This document shows, one piece after another, positions 1-12,500 of a stretch of 52,752 nt of DNA. The DNA comes from Octopus sinensis (lineage: Eukaryota): contig NW_021833980.1 in NCBI RefSeq assembly GCF_006345805.1, positions 1-52,752 of the forward strand, in the 5' to 3' direction. The notes beneath the pieces were generated by a model. The model did not search any database. It was given only the letters and a program-made list of their open reading frames with translations, and was not told the DNA's origin. Made by a program: the position numbers and the translations under genes. Numbering within the stretch: the first letter of the stretch is position 1; the number at the start of each line of letters is the position of its first letter.

Positions 1-949
1 CATTTAAATTGATGTAATTTTGTATTGTTCAATTAAATTTAGCCGATTGAAACTGCATAACTACTTGATATCCTGTAGATTATTATATATATAATTCTTA
101 TATATATTTTTTTCTATATATTCTTAAAAAACAATAAATAAAATAGAAATAGAGGTGTGTGCATATGTGAATATATATATTTTATATTTTTTCGAGCAAT
201 ATAACTGGTCGGGATATGACTATCAGAATGCTGTCTGTTTCGCGCGGCCTCTATGTTGAATTTCGTCAATATATTGATCACTCTTTAGACATACTGACGG
301 AAGCGCAAAACCTAATGTCCTAGAAATGGGTAGATGTTTATTGATTTGGCGATGGTAAAATGAAATGAATGGAAACGAAGCGAAAATATATCCTTTTCGG
401 CATGGGATATGATTGTTCCTCTCTTATATCTCTTAGACATTGTTTAAAGCGTATAAGCTGTGTGTGTGTATCTATCGTTTCTTATTCAAAAATTAATATG
501 ATCACTTCAAACAAAATGAAATTCCGCCGAGGAAAAATATTTGCAGCATTGAATAATTTTCCTGAGTGAATTAAAGAAAGTACTGGAATGTGTTGAATTA
601 TTCTGCCCAGTAGAGTCTGCATCTTCTACTTCTATACAAAATTAGAAGAAAACATTTTTGCCCTCGGTTAATTGGTATAATTAAAAAGAAACTGAGCAAA
701 GACAAACAGTTCCGTAGGGACAAGAAACGGAAAAGCGCAAAATAAAATGCTTTTTTTTTAAATTATCCAAGCTTTGAGAAAATGTAAATAAATAGTTGTG
801 TGTGAGAGAGAGAGAGAGAGGGAGAGAGTCTGTGTGCTTGGTATCATCTACTGTGGTTGATGATGACGACAACGACGAAGAGGTTGGTGATTGATGAAGC
901 TAATTATGACGGTAATGATGATTAAATTAATAAGAAACACGATACTTAC

Positions 950-1103
950 TTTCATCAATGAATTTCATGTGGCTTTTCTTAACTCCTAAGTTAAGCAATT
1001 CCTGGGAATTGTTCAAAACTGGGAGATATTGCGCCGCAGTTGACTTTCAGTCATTTCGCTAAATACTGTACAGTAAATAGCAAATATTTTATTTCTGTTT
1101 GAG
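950..1103 (-). CDS. SEA-like domain exon 3 ([27 protein letters not shown][x][23 protein letters not shown]); 154 nt, 1 nt short
   Basis: Strong ttttttatttcag acceptor and GTAAGT donor; two open segments joined by a -1 shift at ATCTCCCAGTTTTG. Confidence 0.75.
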
Positions 1104-1206
1104 CTGAAATAAAAAATAAATACATACATGTATGTCGGTATGTATGTATGTATGTAGCTAGCTAGCTAGCTAGAAATATAATACATACTATATAGATATA
1201 TATATA

Positions 1207-1253
<47 letters not shown>

Positions 1254-1254
1254 A

Positions 1255-1310
<56 letters not shown>

Positions 1311-2398
1311 ATTCGAGACAAAACCACTATTTTAAAACCAAACAAGGAAAGACTTAATCAATACATAAAATTTTAATATAAATTAAATAAACCGCCACTA
1401 CAAATGTTTCATGTCTGCTCCGACAATCTTCAGGTGGATTTTCGATCTAAAAATAGCAATATTTTAAAATATAATTTAAAATAATTTAAATTAATAAAAC
1501 AATAAAATTATCAATGAAAGAATGTAAAAAAATAAAAATATAATCTATATATAATCTATATATAATCTATATATAATCAATATATAATCTAAAATAATCT
1601 AAAATAAACCCTATAAACAATTGAATATAAAAACCTATTATAAAAGTTCTCATATTTAAAAATGTACAAAAACCAAAACCACAGACATGAAACATTTGTA
1701 GTGGCGGTTTATTTAATTTATATTAAAATTTTATGTATTGATTAAGTCTTTCCTTGTTTGGTTTTAAAATAGTGGTTTTGTCTCGAATTATATTATATAA
1801 TATTTTACTATAAATTGGATTTAACCCTAAATCTGATTTTTCCCTATTTTGGATTCATTCCCTAATATTATTATATATATATATATATAATATACATTCG
1901 TTTAAAAGCTGCCCTGTTAATCTTGGGGTCCAACAATGACACCATGCATTGAGTACATATTAAGTTTCATGAAACATGAATATTTCTCAAGCAATGAACA
2001 ATTTTCATCAAAGCAATGATATAATTTGTCGACTCGGAACTTATTGCAAAGCTTCATGATAAACAACAGTACCACCACCATCGCCACCATATCTGCCATA
2101 CACACGCCATCCAGACTTCTGACGCCATCACCATCAATACTTTTCATCACTTCCCCCTCCACAACCATCACCACTGTCTTTCACATCGCTTTCTATCACT
2201 ATATTCAAATATAGCTCAGGATTGGATTATCATAGCTAAAATAACCGCATTCAATATGGTTGAGAACAGAATTAGTTAAGAAGGCTCGAACTACAAGCGG
2301 GTGACTAAAAGTTGTCTTAAGAATATATTCGTCCACTAAGAAATCCACATGAAGGCCTTCACTCCCTGCATAAATCTTTAAATACACTTTATATATAT

Positions 2399-2459
<61 letters not shown>

Positions 2460-3231
2460 ATTACCTGGTTGGTTTTAAATTGCGTGTTAGCCACCTTCAA
2501 TATTTTATAATCTTCACATTGCCATTTTGTGAAATCAGTCCCTAATTCCTATGGCATTCTCAATGATACTGAGAGGCGTGAGTTAGCCTCCACCAGCCGT
2601 AATGGAGTGAGCATTGCTGATGAGTATTAACTTCCTATAAGAGATTACCATGCTAATCTAATCCATCTGGCTTACCGTGGGGAATGTTCTCCCCACTGTC
2701 AATGCAAACAGACCATATGTCTTTTTGTGGCTAAGGAGTCTATGACTAATATTTTCTAATAATGCTGGTGCTCACTGCACTCTTTTCACACTTAGTGACT
2801 GTGAATTATTCCTTGTTGGTTTCAAATTGCCGGTAGCCACCACAATTTATATATATACACACCCATATATATGTGTGTATATATATGTGTGTATATATAT
2901 TGTGTGATGTTATGTATGTATATATATATACATATATATATATACAGCAATTTAATAAATAAAACATATGCATACATACATACATATATGTACATACCTA
3001 CATCTATACGTATATATACATATATATATGAGTACAGGACACTACAAAAAAGCGTAGAACACAACGAAAAACATGAAATCAAACAAGGAAACGGACTCTT
3101 TTCAACAACGAAAAAACAGAGTACAAGACAAACAATACAAGGAACATTCCCCTTCTTCAGCTGCTCCTGTTTCGACTCAATGCGTATATGTATATATATG
3201 TATATATATATATATAAATATATATATATAT

Positions 3232-3292
<61 letters not shown>

Positions 3293-3316
3293 GTATGTAT
3301 GTATATGTATATATGC

Positions 3317-3391
<75 letters not shown>

Positions 3392-6126
3392 CAGTCTCTG
3401 TATCTTTATATGGGTTTGTTTGTCCTTTGTATAATAAAACATTGATAAAACACTTAAACATTTCATTGAATGTATGAATTAGTATATTGTGGGTCACAAG
3501 TACAACACTGTTGATTATTGTGACGTATAATACATGCGATGATGCCGCTCTGGTAACACACACAGAAGAAGCCCTCCAAAGGCTCATTAACTGTTTTGAG
3601 CAAGCATGTAACGACTTTGGCTTAGCTATCAGCCTTAAGAAGACCAACATCATGGGTCAGGCTACATCGGACAAGAGGTGGAGAAGTTTACCTTCTGGGC
3701 TCTACCGTCACCTACAACCTATCCCTTGACGCTGAGCTCAATATACGCATTGGCATTGCAAGGCAGCTGCGCGATGGCCCAACTCTCCAACGGACTTGGG
3801 ACAACAATAAGCTGACCAAGACCACAAAATAAGATCTACCAGGCATGTGTACTCAGCACTCTACTGTATGGAAGCGAGACCTGCGCTATACACACGCCAA
3901 GAGCGTCGCCTAAACATCTTTCACCTGCGCTGCCTCCGAAAAATCCTCCACATCAAATGGCAGAATCATATCCCCAACAAAGATGTCCTCAGGCAAGCAG
4001 GAATACACAAGCATGTTTGCACTCCTCACACAAAACGTATGAGATGGCTTGGGCTGTTAGCCGTATGAAAGATGGCAGAATCCCCAAGGACATACTCTAA
4101 CGGAGAGCTTGCTAGCGGTACCAGGTCTGTGGGTAGCCGATCTTACGTTACAAGGATGTTTGCAAAAGGGACATGAAGGCCTGCAACATCAACATTAGCG
4201 GTTGGGATGCAGTCGCCGGCAACCGTGGAGAATGGCGTCGTACAGTAAAGAGTATACAGAGGAGTGACAGAAGAGAGAGGAGAAATGGAAAGAAAGGAAG
4301 AGACATGAACAAGAGACCATGGCACTACAACCAGCCAGGAACAGTCTTCGCTACATTTGCAGTACCTGCCAGAGGGAGTGTTTGTCCAGATAGGACTACA
4401 CAGCCACAGCAAGAAATGTAACAGGAAATAAAATATAACAGCCGGACTAGACCTAGAAAAAAAAAAAAAAATGCGCAACTCCATTGTCTCCCGAGACAGA
4501 AAGGATGCCAAACAATACATGCGATAAAATCGAATGTTTGGAACAAAAGCAAATAAATTTGAATAAATGTGCTAGAAGCATTTGCTTACCCACAGTCTTC
4601 AACTCTAAATGTTCCCGTCACGGTTGAAAGGTCATGCTCCATCTGCAAAAGCCGGATGTATATATATATAAATATATTATATATAATATATATATATATA
4701 TATTATATATATAATATATATATATATATATAATATACATACATTAATGAAAGAAACTGAGTTTGATTTAAAAGTCGTTGAGATGTATTGAAAAATAGAT
4801 AAAGAATATTTTATTCTGAAACGCAGGATAATGCTAATGATATAACGTGAACCGGATGAAATATCCATAATTTGCAGAAAAATCTGTCGGCGGCCAGCTA
4901 TGTGACTACACCTCACACCCCTGTGATTACGCTTTAAGTGCTTTACCATTAAGCTAAACTGCGCGAACGACAAATACTTCTGCAAAGTTAGGCTATATAC
5001 ATCTAGCTTTATAAGACGCGTAATCTGGCCGCCGACAGAGTTTTCGGCAACAGGTGAATACTTTATCCTGTTCATGCTATACTATTAGCATCATCCTGCG
5101 TTTGAGAATATAATTATATATAAATATATTAGCTTGACACTCGGTAAAGTGGGGGAAATGAGAGGGTTTTTAATGTTCCGAGCATATCTCTTTTTCAGAA
5201 AGGAAAACGAAAATGTTGAGAAGAAAAATATTACCAAAAGGAAGTGTGTGTGTGTGTAAACATAAGATTAGTGATATTTTTGAGTAGGATTTTATTTACT
5301 GTCAGAATCGGAAATTATATCACGGAATATATTAAGACAAAATAGTGGATAGAACAGTCTTTTTATTGACCAGAAAAAATTCAGTAAGTTAAAAAAGAAA
5401 GTTTTATGTAATAGTTTACTATCAGTAAATGGAGTTGAATGTCTGAATTTCATGAAACCTCACTATTTATTTGACGTTTCACATTTCTTCTATAAAATAT
5501 GCATGTGTGTGTGTGTATGTGTGCGTGAGAGTGTGTATGTGTATGCATGTGTGCGCATGTTCAGTGCATATGTGTGCGCGCATGTGCGTCTGTGTACGGA
5601 GAAAGAGAGAGAGAGGGCAGATATCTACTCACGGCTCTTGATATGTTCTCAGCGGGGATTTTATATTCGTTGAACTTTTTAAAATCAAACGAAATACGAG
5701 GGATTTGGTCCAGCCTATGGATTGATATAGAAAATAATCTCTGCTTTTATAAATGAGACACACGTCATAGATGCACATAAAACCCACATACGTAGATAAA
5801 AATATACATTTATAATCACATATACACTTAAAATACTATATATATATATATATTATTCTTATTCTACCTATTATATACGTTTTTATTATTATTATTATTA
5901 TTTGCAATTTACTTAAGCATTGACATTTAATTATTATTTATTTTTTATATTTCTATTATATGTAATTTTCTAGATGGTGTAATTTAATTGTTCATTTTGA
6001 ATTGATAAAAAGTGTTTTTTTTTATTTTATTTTTTATATACAATCTTATAATGTGTGAAATTTGATTTAGTATTTCTAATTTAATTTTTCCCTTGTAAGT
6101 TTGGATTTTATTCACTCAAATAATAT

Positions 6127-6204
<78 letters not shown>

Positions 6205-9200
6205 TTATCATTCTTCCCTTCTTCCTGTCGCTCTCTTCGTGTATCGGCTATCAATGCCTGCACGTGGATGATTGGTTCCATACATCGTTAGGACCTTTCT
6301 TGACTTCCTGTCCAACTCCTTTAGCTTCTCCTCCGTCCACTTCAGTTTTCCAGCATCATTCCGAACTACTGCTACTGACTGCGTGCGAGTTTATCGCCGA
6401 AATTATGTTCCAGGCATTCAGCTTTCTAACCAATTTTTGCTCACTCGCCAAAAGTGCTCTCTTTTACTCTTTTCCTTCATGTCGTGGTGTTTATTTCCAT
6501 CTGTGAGTGTGTGTGTGTGTTAGAGAGAGAGAGGGGGGGAGAGGGAGAGAGGGAGAGAGAGCATTGCAAACAGTATATATATACACACACACGTATACAC
6601 ATCAAAATATTTTCCCGTATATTAATTACTATAAATATTCTTATTAACTATCAATTTGTAATAAACTTGTTAGTGTTTATTTAGACAATAAATAACACTT
6701 ACCAATGAAATCATTCTGTTACACAAGTGTCCGACGCAACAACCAGTACAAGACGTGCCATTCGTCCGTTTATTGCATGTAAGGGTATTGTTTCTCATAG
6801 CTTCAACACATTTTCTGTATGTGCTGCAGGACCTTTCAGTCTTCAGTTTAGCACCGTTCATTGATATTGCGAATCGGCATACAGGCTGTAATAATAGATA
6901 TGAAAATTATACACTACAACAACAATATTTATTAGGACGATTACTGCTAATTACAGCAACAACAACAGAAACAACACCACTGGGGATGTTTACCATGCAA
7001 GTAAGTTTAATCATTGCTTTAAAATACCCAAAAGCAATAAATGAAACCGTAAAAGAGTTGCCGAATTGTTGAAAGTTAACAGCATAAGTAAAATTCCGTA
7101 AAAGTTATTGCTATTTAGTATTCAAAAATCATGTTTTAAATGCTTACAGTGTCCAAACCTCTCGGATCACAAGGAGATATGGCCATCGGATCACGGTCTG
7201 TATCAAAACCGCATCGCACTGTCACCCATTGCCCAACTTAAAATAGGTTAAATTATCCTAATAAAGATGTATCAATTCTCTAAAATTTCTTCTTACTGGA
7301 GGAATGCTCAAGAGGAATTTTTCATATAAAATTTACGGAAAATCATGCGTACAAAACTCACCAACAAGAGAAACTAATATGCCTTTACCCAAAGATGAAA
7401 ATGAAATATAATTGTCAGATTGAACTCCTCAGTCCAAGCAAATAAAACAGAAAATACATAAAACGAACACAAGAGAAACTTCGTTTTATTTTGCAAGTAT
7501 ATTTTATATGAAAATACGGTATATTAGTATAAAATTTGGAGAGAAAACAACCAAGGTCTTGTTAACTTAATAAGGGACATTCTGAAAACGAAAAATATCA
7601 GAAATGGAGAAGAATATTTAAGAAAAGAATCCATCACGAAAACGCAATTAATAATCGCAAACACCTAACAATAATAAAAGCAATGAAAATGTAGACATTG
7701 AAGTTAGAAATAAGATTTGCATTGCCTTAGTTTGAAATTGAAACTTGTTTCTTCCAATGTTGGAAAAGTTTTAGAAAGAAAATTGGATCTCCCAAACTGA
7801 GTGAGGATGTCATGAAAAAATAACCAATGATAGTGTCCGAAGGCTGGCGTCTTCAAAAGAGCCAATGGAGTCGGTGATTGCAAATGAATGAATCATTACA
7901 TAAGCTAACTCAGCTTCAAGAAAACAGAAAGGTCTGAGATCAGAACAGACAATGAAACAGGCAACAGATTGCAGCCATGCTCTTATGTCACGCTCTATTC
8001 TCCTATATTCTCGTAATGTGAAGCATTGATCTGTGACATTACCGGTGTCTTTTATTGTTTCTCTTGTGTTTCTTTCACCAATGTACAACTGTGTATTCAG
8101 AGATATGCCTGACAATTTTAATTTGTGTTTTAGCTGCGTTTTAAAGTTATAGGTTTTACCTTTCTGTGAAACAATATGACCCCCACCTATTATGTTCTGG
8201 AGAGCTTATTGTACTACTTGATGTGAGGGAAGATTTAATCTGTTTCGAATATTTCATAACCTCGTATATCAAACAACCTCTTTTGCTATGGCCAGCAGAT
8301 GAAGGAAAAGTCTCATTTGCTTCTTAACTTATTCAATCCGCTCCCTGTAATGTTTGCGAACTGGTAGGGCCAGGTTCGACTTCCAGTTACCCCTCTAAGG
8401 TTGGTGACCCGAGGTCATTCGACAAGGAACCTTGATTCCAAGTTGACTTATAGCCACATACATTCATGCATCCTACTCTAAGGACAGCCATGTTTGTCGG
8501 AGAAAGGTCACTCTAAGTTCGTGTGTTCGTTTCTTGAATAGGTATTCCTGGACAGGGTAGAACGTTGCGTCCTTGAACAAGGCACTTCATTTCACTTTGT
8601 CCCAGTCTAATCAAGTGAAATGTGTCCCAACCTAGTGATGTTCATCTATTTCTCTCTTCAATCGTCACATCCTTCTCGTCCCATTGAGTCATGAATAAGA
8701 AGATCGACAGGGTGTGTGTATGTCTACGCAGGCGCATAAAAAAAACTAGCGAAAGCATAGTACAATCTATGTGGACTTAATGGCTTTCGAGTGACGGTTG
8801 TGGATATATTTTAACGAAAAGGAAGAAAGTAATATTCCAGTTTACCTCTGTTCCTGGACAGCTTGTCACTTCCGATTTATTGCATTTAATTCCTGAACAT
8901 GTTTGACACTGTAAATTCCGTTGAAATAACGAGTAATCTACAGAATACAAGTAAATATCTGTATTTATGAACCAAATAATGCAATGCATAGCAATAACAA
9001 GAAATATTTTCTTTCAGATGTAAAAACAAATGTATGCGTGTTAGTATTGAAATCAATACATGTTAGACATATAAAGCAAATTATTAACAAAGACTATAAA
9101 CCTATTTTCATGTTCATTCGGAAACGTTTCAATAATGTCACAAATTCAACTGAGAGAAGCATGAAAGCCACTTGTTGTCCTTTTAGTATTCTGATGTAAC

Positions 9201-9507
9201 AAACACGTGAAAATCGTTGAACAAGTCAAATAAAGGGATTAAATTTGTAAGTTGCAACCATTGATGCAGTGGGAACTCCCTAATGAAACCTGAGAATCTC
9301 ATTTAAGTTATGCTGCAATGTCATATAGTATGTGAAGAAGGCCATAATATGTGAAGTGAGCAAAACAATATTTGGATAAACAATAAAAATTATGATCACT
9401 AATATTGTGCTTTTTCCAATATACACACATTTATGTATGTATGTATGTATGTATGTATGTATGTATGTATGTATGTATGTATGTATGTATGTATGTATGT
9501 ATGTATG

Positions 9508-9539
<32 letters not shown>

Positions 9540-12500
9540 GGTTTTAGTTGCCAATCCTGTAAAATACATTGTAGATATTTAGCTGGGCTAAAAAGTCACA
9601 TTCGATCACAGCACCAGTAACAGTTAAGCTTCGTCCAATGGCCATACTCGGTAACAAGGGGGCAGCCATAATAATACATGTATGTATTATGTATGTATGT
9701 ATGTCATTATTCACTGTTATTTCAAGATTTCTTGGCAATAGAGAAGGAGAGAGTTTCTATCCTACACCTACGGCTCCTTCATTGGAATTTCAACAACATC
9801 AATATTGCCATCATCTCGGAACTTTCTACCAACATATCCATGCATAGTCTCCTGTTTATAGATACTCATCTGTTCATCTAATGATACGTTGCGGTAGAGT
9901 CGTGCGACATCTTTGAGCATGTATTCTGTTATCAGATAAGGAATGTTGCTCAAGGAGCTGCCTTCCAAGTCATATGAATTATGCAAACTTGGTCAAAGGA
10001 TGCACTTTGACATTTGTGGTTATAAGATGTTACCGAAAGGATATGATACGACATTCAAAGACATTTTGCATCGATGTTAAGCCCCTGCCGCCTTGTTTTC
10101 GTTTTAAGGAGAGGGGGTCTACTTTACCGTTTATGTGGAAATTATGTGTACTTGTCAGTATTTTCCGGGTTTTCACATAAACAGCTCGGATCTCATCAAG
10201 TGACCAATAAAACAGCCCAAATGTCAGTATGAGTACTTGCACAGCAAACACGTTTGTGGGCAATGTTTTATTGAATGCATAGATTTCTGAGGTCGAAATT
10301 TTATTTATTCAGCTGTAATGTTCTTTGTTTATACTTTAATGACACCTGTAAGTTAATGGTACCTGTAAAAAAGCACTTGTTTTGTTACAGGTGCTGTTAT
10401 GAGATATATTTTCAACCACCCCTAGATATCTGTAACATTCCTCTTCAGATATAGGGGAAACTGTCAGGTCATTGATGGCGATGTTGCTAGTCTGGTTTAC
10501 ATTTTTCGCCCTTTTCACAACCATATAACATTTATCCTGAACAAACGCCAACCCAACATTTTTTGAGAATGTTGTAACTTGGTCAAGGCTCTTTTTCATC
10601 TCATCCATATTCTTTGCATAAAGTTTTTAAGTCATTCACAAAGAAACAGCGTTCAATTTTGTAATTTCTGTTTCCTTTTGAACCAATGAGATATCCTTAA
10701 CATGAATGACATGAGGTTTACAGAAAGTATAAACAACATCATAACGAGGTTGTCCCCTTGGAATATGCCTTTGCGATATTGTATTCTGTCAGTGATAATA
10801 GTCACTCTTTGTGTTTAATTTCATGATGGTGGCTCACAATGGAATCAGGTCAGCTATGGCTTTGATTATGCCTCACTGGAAATTTACCAAGCTGAAGGAC
10901 TTCTAGCATCCATGAGTGTGTATGTATGTACGTATGTACGTATGTATGTATGTATGTATGTATGTATGTATGTATGTATGTATGTATGTATGTATGTATG
11001 TACGTATGTATGTGTATGTACGTATGTATGTATGTATATCTGTATGTATGTATGTATGTATATGTATGTATGTATGTATGTATGTCCGTATGTGAAAATG
11101 TATGTATGTATGTGTGTGCGTATGTACATACATATACATACTGACTCATATATTTTCTCGAGTGATGTGCTTCATCGGACTCCATTTTAAGTCTGTCATT
11201 TGGAACCTTCGCTGTTTATGCCGGATTCTTCTCTGTTGTAAACAATCAAGGCTGGTCTTTGGTTTCAGGATATCTTCCTACTTTCCCCCAACCAATCACA
11301 GCAGCCTTCTGAATGATCATGAGCATTGACTGTCTTCCTGGCTAAGCGCTAAATATACTTTACCTCTCTACTTTACTCTCTCTACTTTTTCTTCTCTCTC
11401 TCTCTCCTCCGCAGCATCACTCTTACCAACCCACATCCTCACATTATTTGTCCCTCCGCCCACATTTACACTTTATACACACTTCACACGCTAGACCACA
11501 GTTTCTACCTACACATCTCACTTCGGTAGCACAGTTACTCTCTGCACACTTTATTACACACAAAGACAAACACACACACACACACACATACACACACTTG
11601 TCCCATTGGATATTCTACATTTGACACACACATACAAATGCATACACACTCGTACATAGACTCATACATATTCCCTCACGCCACTCACTCTTCAAACACA
11701 TACACACCTCACACACACATACCCATACTCACAAGTGCTGCCCTCACACATTCACTTTTGCACCCAACGTTTTGCTTTGTATCTCTAAACCACTCACTTC
11801 TCTCTCTCTCCCTCCTCCTCCTCCTCCTTTTTCCTCCCACTACTGCTTGGCTCCTACTAACAGTTTACCTCCCCTATACGCACACATACCGCACCCTTCT
11901 TCTCTCCCTTTCCATTCGTGTTCACTCTTCTTCGAATAAAACCACTTTTGCTCTTCTCTCCTTCTTTCGTCAGCCATTTTCTGTCTCTCACTTAACCCAT
12001 GTGTACCAACCCTTTGCTTGTACAGTTTACATTATTTGACCTTCATGAAGTGTGCCATCTTTTTCAGACAATTTACATTACTGAATGTTTTGCCTGCATT
12101 TTGCCCTTTCTTGTCTTGGTATTTGATCTTCTGAAGCAACTTTTCTCTCTTATTCGATTTTTATCCTATAGATTCTACTGCAACTGTCCATGTCACGTTT
12201 GCTGACTTTACAGTGTTCCCAGAGCATTGAACAGCAGTGATGGTGTCTGAATTGTGGTAACCGTCATGAATTATCATGAATACAGGTTTCTCTCTTCCAA
12301 TATTTAGATGGCTTTCAAGGCGGCAAGCTGGCAGAAACGTTAACACACCGGGCGCAAAGCTTAGCAGTATTTCGTCTGTTTTTTCACGTTCTGTGTTCAA
12401 ATTCCACAGAGGTCGACTTTGCTTTTATCCTTTCGGGGTAGCAGTTGCGTACTGGGGTCGATCCAATCGACTGGCCCTCTCCCCCCAAATTTCATGCCTT

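Noticed and set aside
130-900. Search for the next exon after 950
   Set aside because: No convincing phase-1 AG/GT exon found; the gene probably continues beyond the window.
2612-2660. CTGATGA hammerhead-like core
   Set aside because: No stem II or GAAA downstream.
2822-3477. YI/IY-repeat ORFs (also at 10850-11190 and 17496-17687)
   Set aside because: (TA)n and (TATG)n microsatellite translations.
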